A program made the position numbers and the translations under genes. The notes below the pieces were generated by a model. It did not search any database. It was not told the DNA's origin and worked only from the letters and a program-made list of their open reading frames with translations. A stretch of 64,000 nt of DNA from Malacoraja senta (lineage: Eukaryota): contig JAXLNO010005343.1 in NCBI GenBank assembly GCA_038087875.1, forward strand, positions 1 to 64,000. Reading direction: 5' to 3'. Positions 38,560 to 51,146 of this stretch are shown here, piece after piece (the first letter of the stretch is position 1; every line of letters begins with the position of its first letter).

Positions 38560-41222
38560 TAGAAAGGAAAGACATTAGCTTGGAGGATGTGGAATCGATA
38601 TGGGTAGAGCTGCGAAACACTAAGGGGCAGAAAACGCTAGTGGGAGTTGTATACAGGCCACCTAACAGTAGTAGTGGAGTTGGGGAAGCATCAAACATGA
38701 AATTAGAAATGCGTGCAACAAAGGTAAAACAATTATAATGGGTGACTTCAATGTACATATAGATTGGGTGAATCAAATTGGCAGGGGTGCTGAGGAAGAG
38801 GATTTCTCGGAATGTATGCGGGATAGTTTTCTAAACCAACATGTAGAGGAACCAACGAGAGAGCAGGCTATTCTAGACTGGGTATTGAGTAATGAGGAAG
38901 GGTTAGTTAGCAGTCTTGTTGTGCGTGGCCCCTTGGGCAAGAGTGACCATAATATGGTTGAGCTCTTCATTAGGATGGAGAGTGACATTGTTAATTCAGA
39001 AACAAGGGTCCTGAACTTAAAGAAAGGTGACTTTGAGGGTATGAGACGTGAATTGGCCAAGATAGACTGGTAAATGATTCTTAAAGGGTTGACGGTGGAA
39101 ATGCAATGGAAGGCATTTAAAAACTGCATGGATGAACTACAACAATTGTTCATCCCAGTTTGGCAAAAGAATAAATCGGGGAAGGTAGTGCATCCGTGGA
39201 TAACAAGGGAAATCAGGGATAGTATCAAAACAAAAGATGAAGCGTGCAAATTAGCCAGAAAAAGCAGCCTACAAGAGGACTGGGAGAAATTCAGAGTCCA
39301 AATTAGGAAAGGGAAAATTGATTATGAAAAAAACTGGCAGGGAACATAAAAACTGACTGCAAATCTTTTTATAGATATGTGAAGAGGAAAAGATTAGTTA
39401 AAACAAATGTAGATCCCTTGCAGTCAGAAACAGGCGAATTGATCATGGGGACCAAGGACATGGCAGACCAATTGAATAACTACTTTGGTTCTGTCTTCAC
39501 TAAGGAAGACATAAATAATCTGCCGGAAATAGCAAGGGACCGGGGGTTAAATGAGATGGAGGAACTGTGTGAAATCCAGGTTAGCCGGGAAGTGGTGTTA
39601 GGTAAATTGAATGGATTAAAGGCCGATAAATCCCCAGGGCCAGATAAGTTGCATCCCAGAGTACTTAAGGAAGTAACCGCAGAAATAGTGGATGCATTAG
39701 TGATAATTTTTCAAAACTCTTTAGATTCTGGACTAGTTCCTGAGGACTGGAGGGTAGCTAATGTAACCCAACTTTTTAAAAAGGGAGGGAGAGAGTAAAC
39801 AGGGAATTACAGGTCAATTAGTCTAACATCGGTGGTGGGGAAAATTCAGGAGTCAGTTATTAAAGATGGGATAGCAGCACATTTGGAAAGTGGTGAATTC
39901 ATTGGACAAAGTCAGCATGGATCTATGAAAGGTAAATCATGTCTGACGAATCTTCTAGAATTATTCGAGGATGTAACTAGTAGAGTGGATAAGGGAGAAG
40001 CAGTGGATGTGTTATATCTGGACTTTCAGAAGGCTTTTGACAAGGTCCCACATAAGAGATTAGTATGCAAACTTAAAGCACACGGTATTGGGGGTTCAGT
40101 ATTGATGTGGATAGAGAACTGGCTGGCAGACAGGAAGCAACGAGTAGGAGTAAATGGGTCCTTTTCAGAATGGCAGGCAGTGACTAGTGGGGTACAGCAA
40201 GGCTCAGTGCTGCGACCCCAGCTATTTACAATATATTAATGATTTGGATGAGGGAATTGAATGCAACATCTCCAAGTTTGCGGATGACACGAAGCTGGGG
40301 GGGGGGGGCAGTGTTAGCTGTGAGGAGGATGCTAGGAGGCTGCAAGGTGACTTGGATAGTTTGGGTGAGTGGGCAAATGCATGACAGATGCAGTATAATG
40401 TGGATAAATGTGAGGTTATCCACTTTGGTGGCAAAAACAGGAAAGTAGACTATTATCTGAATGGTGGCCGATTAGGAAAAGCGGAGATGCAACGAGACCT
40501 GGGTGTCATGGTACACCAATCATTGAAAGTAGGCATGCAGGTGCAACAGGCAGTGAAGAAAGCAAATGGTATGTTAGCATTCATAGCAAAAGGATTTGAG
40601 TATAAGAGCAGGGAGGTTCTACTGCAGTTGACAAGGTCTTGGTGAGACCACACCTGGAGTATTGCGTACAGTTTTGGTCTCCTAATCTGAGGAAAGACAT
40701 TCTTGCCATAGAGGGAGTACAGAGAAGGTTCACCAGACTGATTCCTGGGATGGCAGGACTTTCATATGAAGAAAGACTGGATAGACTCGGCTTGTACCCG
40801 CTAGAATTTAGAAGATTGAGGGGGGATTTTATAGAAACTTACAAAATTCTTAAGGGGTTGGTCAGGCTAGATGCAGGAAGATTATTCCCGATGTTGGGGA
40901 AGTCCAGAACTAGGGGTCACAGTTTAAGGATAAGAGGGAAGTCTTTTAGGACCGTGATGAGAAAATCATTTTTTACACAGAGAGTGGTGAATCTGTGGAA
41001 TTCTCTGCCATAGAAGGTAGTTGAGGCCAGTACATTGGCTATATTTAAGAGGGAGTTAGATGTGGCCCTTGTGGCTAAAGGGATCAGGGGGTAAGGAGAG
41101 AAGGCAGGGATGGGATACTGAGTTGGATGATCAGCCATGATCATATCGAATGGCGGTGCAGGCTCGAAGGGCCGAATGGCCTACGCCTGCACCTATTTTC
41201 TATATTTCTATGTTTCTATGTT
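38560..41222 (+). mobile_element. CR1 LINE (partial EN + RT, multiple stops)
   Basis: ORFs 38738-41013 with CR1 motifs; same subfamily as the 22446 and 25071 copies. Confidence 0.95.
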
Positions 41223-42927
41223 GTCTCCTCATATGCTTTGAGTATTTTAACATCCCTAAGAAATACTTGCGCTGCTTCTTGCCCTGCGTCACATGGTGTT
41301 TTTGTCATTTTAAATCACTTTGCCGCCACTCTCGGTGTCTTCTCCATCAGCTGTTATAATTGGTCATGAAATCACGAATAGCCCTGTTGCATACCCTGCT
41401 CATATTATCTCTGCTTTATCTATGTTTATCTTCGGGTTCTACGCATTTCTATTGCTTTAGCAATAAATGCTGCCTTAACATATGTTGAAATAATTCCTCA
41501 CTAGTGCCTCATTCCGAAATGTCCAAAAGCATTACCCGAATGAGACAAGAATGGAGAATCGGGGTTACTTTTTCTTCCTTAATAGCCATCACGAACAGTC
41601 ACAATCCACCACCTTAATATCCCGATCGTACAGGGTCGAACTCTCAGCCGTGGTGGTCAAAGGCGAATATGGTGGACATTTACTTAACAACACCACATGA
41701 TATTGGCTTCTCCATAATACTGTAATGGGGTCTCCGATTCTACAACAGGACATAATAAACTTTTGCATCTCCCCATTTTAATCTCTAGAGAACTAAATAC
41801 GGCAATTCCCAAGTAAATATTTCCGCTCATACAGCACAGTTTGTCCTATGGTTGGACTGGCTTTATCAATGCAGATATTTGCATTTCTACTATCATTTAT
41901 AACTTTACCCATTCCTCGGTTTCGTTCCTTATTCCAAACAGCTCGCCTGATCGTGATCGTTAAATGTGATCTAGTTGGAACGGTCATGATTCCAGCCTGA
42001 TCCATGGTAGTAAACCTCAAAGAAAAAAAGACACATATTCAGACAACTGCCAGTAGTTTAAATTTCTCCTTTATGATTTCTACTCCTTCAACTGTCCAAT
42101 CTTTCCACCCAGCAATGCCCCTCCTGTCTACCAGGACATGTTTTTCCTTCCACTCTACCGCAATCCCTCCCCTCTCATATAATTTATACAATTTCTTAAA
42201 TGAACTCACAAGTGATACTGCAAATTCATTTCACACATTAGAGGAGCATCATTCAGACAGATCCTATTCCACCTGGACCATAGGATTCATTCAACATTTT
42301 CCACCAAAGCAGATATAACAAACAAGTAAAAACCTTTGGACCCAAAACCCATCTTGATGAGATGCAATATCTGCAATCCGATCTGTACCAGTCCTTAACG
42401 TTGGTGCATAGATGGCAAACACTAATCTTTGTGAACATTTCAGAGTACCGTAACTTTAAAAAAAAAAGGCAGAAAAAACCACGTTGAGCAAAAAGTACTA
42501 GGAGCTACACATTGCTCTGGTTTAGTCCCCCCTCACCACATATGCCGATTATATTCAACGTACGGGACATCAACATACAGACGAGAGCAAAGCATTCAAT
42601 ATAGCATAACGTATATCTCAACTAAAGTGTTGTGCATCAGAAGGCGCCATGATTTGGAAAATAAAATGCTGCAGTGTGTCATCAGCACAAAAACGTGGAG
42701 ATTGTTTCTGCTCTGTCACGAGCGTAATCATGGCTGACAGATATTGCTTACTATGTGGTTTAGCGCAATATAAATTTAGTGTCTATTAAGATGACAGAGG
42801 AGTAGCATCTGAATAAAGCAAAAATGTGTTATTTACAGTCAATGTACTGCCAAAGCAGTGAGAATCAGCAGCAATTGTATATATAACGCAAGTTTAAACA
42901 CCGAGGCCTCAATTTACTTTCTATTAG

Positions 42928-42971
42928 GAAATGGACGGCAGGTGAACGCCTTAAATATTGCTGAAGACACG
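42928..42971 (+). CDS. Exon 5, short cytoplasmic exon (R)NGRQVNALNIAEDT
   Basis: Acceptor tttactttctattag, strong donor acg|gtaagc. Its 44 nt convert phase 1 to phase 0, exactly as needed between the TM and ITIM exons. Confidence 0.75.
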
Positions 42972-43382
42972 GTAAGCTACGATTTTTTATTTTTTTATTT
43001 TTTAAAATTTTATTTATTAGAAGCACATTACGTTACAACCACATCCATTAGTATTCGTCACATATATTTTATTACAATTAATGTACTCCGTTTTTTTTTA
43101 CATTGATAAAGGGAGAGGATAAGATTAAGAGAAACAGGAAAGTGAAGGAAAAGGTGAAAGTGTAAAAAACAAACAAAAAAAACGTGACAACAAGAAAGAA
43201 CAAAGACCCTATAAGAAAAAGAGTTAAGTAGTAGACCCTAGAAAAGAAGAAGAAAAAGAGAAAGGAAAAAGAGAAGAACAAATGCCTTTTTATCAGCATC
43301 CCGCAAATGGGATGCTGATACCAAATCTCCAATTTTCATCCCCCCCTACCCGATCTCAGTTTTTTTAAAGTACCTTTGCACC

Positions 43383-46300
43383 CTATACTTGTAATAATTC
43401 TATAAATGCTGACCACGTCAGATGGAAGTGGTCTGGTTTACCTGCCAGGAGGAGTCTTATCTCTTCTAGGTGTAATGTTTCAAACATATTTGAAATCCAC
43501 ATGTTTATAGTTGGTATTGGAGCATTTTTCCAAAATTTTAGGATTAACTTTTTTCCAGTTATTAACCCATAGTCTATTAGTTTCTTTTGAAACACATTTA
43601 GTTCTGGACTATCTTCCGCTATTCCGAAGATAATCCATTCTGCTTTGGGTATCAGTTTTATTTTAAATAATTTTGTAAAGATTTCAAAAATGTCAATCCA
43701 AATGTTTTGAATTTTTGTACAAAAGACAAATGAATGCGCTATAGTAGCTTCTTGAGATTGACATTTATCATAGTTTGATGATAGATTTGGGAAAATTTTA
43801 TGGATTTTAGTTTTAGAATAGTAAAATCTATGTAAAATTTTGAATTGTATTAAAGTATGTCTTACATTTATCGAACCTTTATGCACTTTTAATAAGTATT
43901 CATTCCACTTTTCCTTTGAGATTTTAATAGCTAAATCTTGTTCCCATTCTCTTCTAATACCTTCCGTAGATGGTATTTCTACATTTAAGATAATATTATA
44001 CAAATATGATATCGAATTTGCGGAATCAGCTTTTATCTGCATTGCATCATCCAAAACATCTACTGGGCTATTATAATGATCTTTTATATATCTTTTCAAA
44101 TAGTCACATATTTGAAAATATTTAAAATATTGATTATTTCCAAGTTTATATTTTATTTGTAATTGCTGAAATGATAGTAATTTTCCAGTTTCATACAGGT
44201 CACCGAACGTTTTAATTCCTAGTCTATCCCATTGTATGAAGGCTTTATCTGTAGTAGAGGGATTAAACGAAGGGTTATTAACTATGGGAGATAAAAGTGA
44301 AAAATGTCTTAATTTTAAATTTTGTTTTATTTGTTTCCAAATTCTGATTGTACTATGTATGATTGGGTTCTTAGTATAGTTTATGTTATTCAGTTTCGTT
44401 GGTGAGAGGAGGATCGCTCCAATGTTTCTAGAGGAGCAGTCCTCTCTCTCCATTACAATCCAATCCACTTGCTGAGCAGAATTATCCATCAGTTGAATCA
44501 TATTTTTTAATATTTACTGACCAATAATAATACATGAAATTAGGGAGTGCTAACCCCCCTAGTACTTTGGGTTTGTTCAGGTGTGTTCTTTGTATTCTGT
44601 GTGATTTATAGTCCCATATAAAATTAGTAATGTCTGAGTTCAGTTTTTTTTAAACTTCTTTGGTAAGTATATAGGAATCGATTGAAATAGGTATAAAATT
44701 TGTGGGAGAAAGATCATTTTTATTGCATTTATTCGGCCTATTAAAGACATCGGGAGCGTTTTCCAAAACTTAATTAATGTATTTAATTTATTAAGTAAAG
44801 GCTCAAAATTTGCTTTAAACATACCTTGATATGTTCTGGTAATTTCGATTCCCAGGTATTTAAATTTTTCTGTAGTAATTTTAAAAGGGAATTTTAAAAG
44901 ATGTGTTGAGTCTTTCGGTTTTATTGACATAATTTCACTTTTATTCCAGTTTATTCTGTATCCAGAAAAAGATCCAAAGTCTTCAATTAAGTTTAATGTA
45001 TTTGGTAAAGTGATTTGAGGTTTTGTAATGTACAGTAATATATCATCCGCGTATAAAGATATTTTATTATTTGAGTATTTAGTATTATACCCATGGATAT
45101 CGGGATGTATTCTAATTTTTTCTGCTAACGGTTCAATTATAAGAGCAAACAACTGTGGTGATAATGAGCACCCTTGTCTATTTCCCCTTGATAGTTGAAA
45201 TTTCGAAGATAATATATTATTAGTTAATATTCTAGCTGTAGGTTTATTATATAGTAATTTAATCCATAAAATAAAATTCTTTCCCAATTGGAATTTTTGT
45301 AATACTTTATCCATATAATTCCATTCTACTTGATCAAATGCTTTTTCAGCGTCCAGCGAAATAATTGATAATTCTTGTTCTTCAAATTTAAGTGAATGCA
45401 TTATATTGAGTAAACGTCTCATATTATTAGCTGAGTATCTCTTCGGGATAAACCCCGTCTGATCTGGATTTATTAGTTTGCTAATATATTTACTTAAAGG
45501 TCTGTCTCACGAATCTGCGGTCATTGGCGGCGAAACGGGAAGAATCTGCCGCCATAGACCGCGCACTCGTGAGAAAGAACAATTCCCGGGCCGTGCGACG
45601 GTGTTCCCAACACCGCGCGGTGCAAAAATAAAATCGACAATGTCGAAAACACTATACTCACCGCACAACCTCCACCAGTGATGCACGAGTGCGCACGGCC
45701 GCTCGCACGGGCCGCCGCCAGTGTGGGTCGAGCGCCGTGCGTCAAACCTCCTCTGCCACAGCCTCCGCCAGTGACGCACGTGCCGCCGCCAGTGAGGCAC
45801 GTGTGCTGCGCGGCCGCAGGCACAGCCACCGCTACAGCGCCGCGATCAGGATGGCCGCCGCCACAGCCGCCGCTGGTGAGTCACGTGCGGGGGGGCGACG
45901 TCATCGCAGTCGGCCCGCCCTTTTTTTACTTACCGCAAGCACGTGGGACCCGCCGTGTTTGAATTAACTCGGCCCCCGCGCAACATCTCTGCGGCGCTCC
46001 GGTGGATAGGCTCGACGCTCTCGCCGTTGCCGCGCGGTCCTCGCTACCGGCGACGCCGCGCTTCACCGCCGATGACCGCAAACTAGCTAATGTTTTTGCT
46101 AATATTTGTTGAACTGTGTTTAACAGTGCAATAGCTCTATATGAACCCGGTTCTTCTATATCTTTGTTTTTTTTAAGTATTAATGTAATCGTTGATTCAG
46201 CTAATGTATCAGGTAGTATTTGTTTTTTAAAAGCATGTTGGTACATTTTTTGTAATCTAGGTATAATTGTATCATAGAAATCTTTATAAAATTCATTAGT

Positions 46301-47755
46301 AAATCCATCAGGACCTGGAGTTTTTCCATTCTTTAGTGATTTTATTGTATCTTCTAATTTCTTCATTGAAATTTGTGCTCCCAATTCCTCTTGTTCCTTC
46401 ACCTCTAACTTTGGAAAATTACAGTTATCCAGAAACTCAGTAATTTTATAGGAATCAGTTGTCGTTTTAGATGTATACAGATTCTCATAAAATTGTGCAA
46501 ATCTTTTATTAATATCCTTCGGTGTAGTTAGTAACTCCCCTCTATCTGATTTAATCTTTGGGATTGTATGTTCTTTTTCACGTTTTTTTAGCTGGCGGGC
46601 CAGAAGTTTATGCGGTTTATCCCCAAATTCAAAGTACTCTTGTTTTGTAATTTGAAAAAGTTGTATCAGTTTGGCTGATAATAGTTTATTTAATTTAAAT
46701 TTCAGAATTATTATTTTATTATGTTTTTCTATTGATGGATCTTTAGCATTATCTATATCCATTTGTCTAATAAGTTCCTCTAGTTGTTTTTGTTCATTCT
46801 TATTATTTTTATTTTGAAAAGCTTGGTATGAAATTATAATACCTCTAATATATGCTTTAAAAGATTCCCATAATACAGTAGGCGATATGTCTGGAGTGTC
46901 ATTTATTTCAAAAAAGGCATCCATTTGTTCTTTTAAATATATACTCGCTTGTGGATCTTTTAAGATATGAGACTTAAATCTCCAGAACGATTTATTCTTA
47001 GACATCCCTTCCAGTTAAAAAAAAAAAGTTAATGGTGAATGATCTGAAATAGAGTTTGTATGATATGTTGGGTTAGAAATATGAGGGATTAATTTGGTGT
47101 CCGCCAGGAAATAATCTATACGTGAGTATGTTTTGTGTACCATTGAATAAAACGAGTATTCCCTGCCAGTTGGATTAGCAATTCTCCAAACATCTGCTAT
47201 ATTAGTGTTGTTTATATAAGTATTTAAAAAATCACTAGATTTAGATTTCGTATTCCCTCTCAGTTTTATGCTTGATTTATCTAAATACGGATCTAAAACA
47301 CAGTTAAAGTCTCCTCCTATTATAACATTTTGATAGTTAGACTCTGCGATTCTATTCAAAATTTTATTTAAAAAATGAGGGTTGTCAAAGTTAGGCGTGT
47401 ATATATTTACCAAAGTGATTGGAGTATCATGAATTTCTCCATTAACTATTAAGTATCTCCCTTCAATGTCTGTTATAGTATTCTTTGCTTTGAATGGTAT
47501 ATCTTTTCTTATAATAATTGACGTACCTCTAGATTTCGAGGTAAATGAAGAATGGTATGTTTGACCTATCCATTTCGCCCTCAACCTAGGTTGATCATGG
47601 GATTTTAGATGAGTTTCTTGTAAAAAGATAATGTCAGAATTGTACAATTTCAACTGATCTAGTATCTTAGCCATTTTAATAGGTTCATTAATACCTCTTA
47701 TATTCCAACTGCAGAATGAGACTCCTCCTAGGCTCTTATGCTTAGCATCTTGCAT
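43383..47755 (-). pseudogene. L1 ORF2, broken by homopolymer frameshifts and a MITE insertion
   Basis: Segments 47015-47755, 45926-47005, 44640-45422 and 43383-44501; YADD retained. Confidence 0.95.
45498..46082. mobile_element. GC-rich MITE (Kolobok-like by TTAA|AGG start) inserted in L1 ORF2; right terminus deleted
   Basis: Interrupts L1 between atttacttaa and ctagctaatg; subterminal inverted repeat tgcggtcattggcggcgaa / ttcaccgccgatgaccgca (17/19); ccgccagtg subrepeats. Confidence 0.65.
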
Positions 47756-48626
47756 TTTGATTAATTATAGTACCTTTAAATTTTGTGGTGCATTCATATC
47801 CCAGGTCTTTGGGTATTGGGGGGAGTTTTAAATTTCTAAATTTTGTTGGTATATCCCTTTTACGCTTACCCCTAAACACAAAAAACAAACATGTACATTT
47901 AAGTGATAATAAACAAATAAATAAAAAGAAAGTGAAAATACAGTGTCTAAAATAGTCGACACTGTAACTAGTGGCCCACCTGTAGGTGGGAGAAAACCTT
48001 GTTTCGACTTCCGTTGCTGATGTTAAGCAACTAGCGCCGCTCTCTTAATTAATCATAACATATTAAAACTGGGACACACATTAAGATATATAATACAATT
48101 TTAACCTCTATGTTTCAGTATAACATGTCATGTATAAATCACAGTTTTAGCTAATAATCTTTAAACAGATAGTATGTTTCAATAATGGTCAACTGTTGGT
48201 TGAAGGGGTTAACGAGACGTGTCCCTGGCCTAAGCCAGGTGCTCGTTTCTCTTCCCCTCCTCCCAGTTATAGATAAGGTTTAAATTTCGTAGCAATTCAT
48301 ATTAGTATTGTTAATTCTATATTTTATGTTATTATTTTTAATTTTTATTAGCGTCCATAGCTATTCTAATCTAACATAGATAACTTATTAAGTTATTAAT
48401 AGGATAAGTTCCTACAACTGGATTTAATATTGTAGTCTATTAAACAAATAGTGCTTCTGGTGTATTTACTTCAGTTCAACTGTTCTCTCATTTTAAACTG
48501 AGAGTGTCCTTGGTTCAGAATTCCATTGATAACAGTCTAGCCACCAAACCAAAACACTGCATAGATTGAACTAATCTGCCAAACCTCCATTAGCCGTGGA
48601 GTTCTAGTGTTTTAAAGTTAAACTTT

Positions 48627-49685
48627 CTATTTTTCAATGATACTTTGGGCATATTTGAACGCATCTTCCGGTTTTACAAATGACTTTTCAGACCCCCCAA
48701 AGGAAATACGCATTTTAGCTGGATAATAAATCCCGTATCTGACACCTTGTTTCCCTCTTAAAAGCTCCTTAACCTTCCCGAATTGATTCCTCTTTTGCAC
48801 AATTTCATATGGGTAGTCCCTGAATATCTTAATAATATCATTTCCCATCCGTAATTGCTCTCCGTATTTGATATGGCTCAAGACTTGTTCCAGTTCTAAA
48901 ATATCCCGACATTTCACTATGATATGTCGTGGATGGGCTTTTCCAGCTTCAGATCTCTGTTTAAATCTTGGGACACGATGGGCCACTTCAATTTTCGGTT
49001 CTTTGGGAAGATTAAGCAGTTGTTTAAGCAGACCCATGGCGAACTCCCGAACGTCCTTCCCTTCCACTCCCTCTGAGACTCCAAGAATTCTCAAATTCTG
49101 GCGCCTAGAGCGAGCTTCCAGGTCCAGGCATTTGTCCGAGACTTTCCCCAGTTCAGTCTTCATCTGTAGTGAAGTTTGCTCGTTTTCCAGCTTCATTTGC
49201 TCATGTTCTTGCCTCATTTTCGCCATATCTTCCATCACTCGAGCCATATTTTTCTCCAGTTCGGTAATTGTGCGCATACTTACAGCTACTGTTTCAAGCA
49301 CAGCCGTGAACCTGTCGGTAGAAGTTTCATCCATCTTATCCATTCTCCCCGATAGTTCATCTTTCACAACATCAAATCGTTTGTTTATAGTGTCGACTGA
49401 ATCAATCACCATATGGTTACCAGCATTCATAGCCTTCTGGGTATCAGCATTCGAATCCTTCAGCATCTTTCCAATTTTTTCCAAAATTTCATCTTTCATA
49501 TTTTTCACAGATTTTTTCAAATCATCAAACTCTTTGTCCTTACCAGGCTCAGTCTTAGATCTTGTATCCATTTCTGCAGTCACTTCAGAAGCTTCAGAGG
49601 TCACTTTTCCTTCAGGCTTCTTCAGGTCTCTCAGCAGCTTTTTCACTGATCTCGGAGGGCTCTTGGCTGGAGACAGTTTACTCAT
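48627..49685 (-). CDS. L1 ORF1 protein (coiled coil + RRM/CTD), intact 352 aa
   Basis: LEARSRRQNLRILGVSEGVEG, IEVAHRV, RDYPY and YPAKMRI motifs. Confidence 0.95.
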   Translation of the reverse strand: MSKLSPAKSPPRSVKKLLRDLKKPEGKVTSEASEVTAEMDTRSKTEPGKDKEFDDLKKSVKNMKDEILEKIGKMLKDSNADTQKAMNAGNHMVIDSVDTINKRFDVVKDELSGRMDKMDETSTDRFTAVLETVAVSMRTITELEKNMARVMEDMAKMRQEHEQMKLENEQTSLQMKTELGKVSDKCLDLEARSRRQNLRILGVSEGVEGKDVREFAMGLLKQLLNLPKEPKIEVAHRVPRFKQRSEAGKAHPRHIIVKCRDILELEQVLSHIKYGEQLRMGNDIIKIFRDYPYEIVQKRNQFGKVKELLRGKQGVRYGIYYPAKMRISFGGSEKSFVKPEDAFKYAQSIIEK

Positions 49686-50863
49686 TTAAAAGTCTCTTTA
49701 AACCACCGTTAAAAATATCGCGCTTACTGATGACGTCAGGTTTTTAAATCCACTCCCGTTTTCTGGACCCGTTTTACACGAAAAATCGTGGTTTTTCGGG
49801 AGCGGAGCTAGGTGCACGTCTGTTAGTCCAACATGGCGCCACCGGAAGTCGGTAAGCTACGATTTTTACGGGTTATTTTAACCTATGGCATTAACGCTCT
49901 CTACTCAAGTACAGTAACCTGTAACTATATCCCATGAATATCGATTGGTTTTCTTTATGCATTAGAATTACAAATGTTTGTCAATTGCGGGTGCCTTTTG
50001 ATTAAAAGGAACGTTTCAGAATGAAGTGAATTCAGTCGTTTAAAAACGCATTCAGAATTTGCCCTTTTTTTTGTGCGATCTACGGAATTTTCCTGAATGA
50101 CTTTTCAAAATGCCTTTTCATATAATCTCTTACCGTACGCAAATTACATGCCCAATTTACTTGTTGGGAGAGATTGTTTAAGATGGGGTTGCTTTCGTTG
50201 AGGCAAATGAGGCTGATGGGTGATTTGACCGAGGTATGTAAAATGATCAAAGGCAGTCATGGAATAGATTTTCATTTCCCTGCAATGGGTATTAAAAGCG
50301 AGGGGACAAACGCTTAATATGGGGAACATAAATTTTAAAGGGGATTTGAGTGGTACGTTTTTTGTAGAAGGAGCAGTTGAGACCTGAAAAGCGCAGCAAG
50401 AGCAGACGATGGACGTAAATGCAATTTCTATGTATGAAAACCTTTAGGATACCAAGGTAAATAAATGGGGAATAAGGTGGGGGAATAAGACAAGTGGTAT
50501 AATGTAAAGGGTGGGGGGAGGGGGGGGGGGGGGGGTGGGGGGGCCGTAAAGATCAGCATAGCCCGGTGGGGGGATGGCCTGATTCTGTGTGGGTACTTCG
50601 TGACTCCGCAGTCGTACACCACAGAAACAATTAGGATGAGCTCAAATCGATTAATAAGCAGGACCCAAATGCTCTAGCGTTTTAAAAGAAAATGTGGAAG
50701 TCATTGATAAAATTAGTCCAACGTGTAAAGATTTTTGGCAGCTGCCATGGCATATTTTTAAATTCTTTTGAGAAATTGAAAAGATTACATTGCCTTTTTG
50801 CATTCACCATCTGAATTCAATTGCATATAAGGAGAAATACACATGAATAAAATTATTTTGCAG

Positions 50864-50974
50864 CGGACGGGAAAAGAAAATGATGAGTCCTCCTCATATG
50901 CAGCATTAGATTTATCCAGGTCTAAGATGGTTTCAAATATGAAAGGCACGGAGGAAAGAACCACATATGCAGAG
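50864..50974 (+). CDS. Exon 6, cytoplasmic exon with ITIM SSYAAL and TTYAE
   Basis: Acceptor ttattttgcag; RTGKENDESSSYAALDLSRSKMVSNMKGTEERTTYAE; donor gag|gtaggt; 111 nt, phase 0-0. Confidence 0.85.
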
Positions 50975-51083
50975 GTAGGTTGTGGGTTGTCGCAAGTCAT
51001 TCGGAACAGTAAACGTGTTCTCTTTTTTTATAATTGGCTTTCTTCTCTAAATAATTATCTATTCCTAAACATTGTATTCACAG

Positions 51084-51146
51084 ACTAAGCGAGTGAATGC
51101 TAGTCAGAAGCTGATTTATGCCTCTGTGGAGCTGAGTGGATTCTAG
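51084..51146 (+). CDS. Exon 7, terminal exon with ITIM LIYASV
   Basis: Acceptor tgtattcacag; TKRVNASQKLIYASVELSGF*. Confidence 0.82.
   Translation, partial: TKRVNASQKLIYASVELSGF

Larger units (their letters stand above)
42988..49850 (-). mobile_element. Full-length L1 retrotransposon with 17-bp TSD
   Basis: 5' GACTTCCGG start at 49850, ORF1, spacer, ORF2, T-rich tail at about 42988. TSD ggtaagctacgattttt at 42971-42987 and 49851-49867; TTTTT/A nick site. Confidence 0.98.
18453..51146 (+). pseudogene. SIRP-like / VJ-C1 inhibitory Ig-superfamily receptor gene, 7 exons, disrupted as assembled (pseudogene or assembly errors)
   Basis: Exons 18453-18503, 28445-28764, 30957-31259, 36838-36945, 42928-42971, 50864-50974 and 51084-51146 have AG/GT ends and compatible phases (1,1,1,1,0,0) once four single-base indels are corrected. 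One TAA lies in the C1 exon. Confidence 0.85.

Noticed and set aside
41560-42000. Minus-strand open stretches with possible retroviral flavour
   Set aside because: No motif could be identified.
48868-49689. 273-aa ORF antisense to L1 ORF1 (similarly 58327-58764)
   Set aside because: Shadow frame of a codon-biased coiled-coil gene; not conserved between the two L1s.
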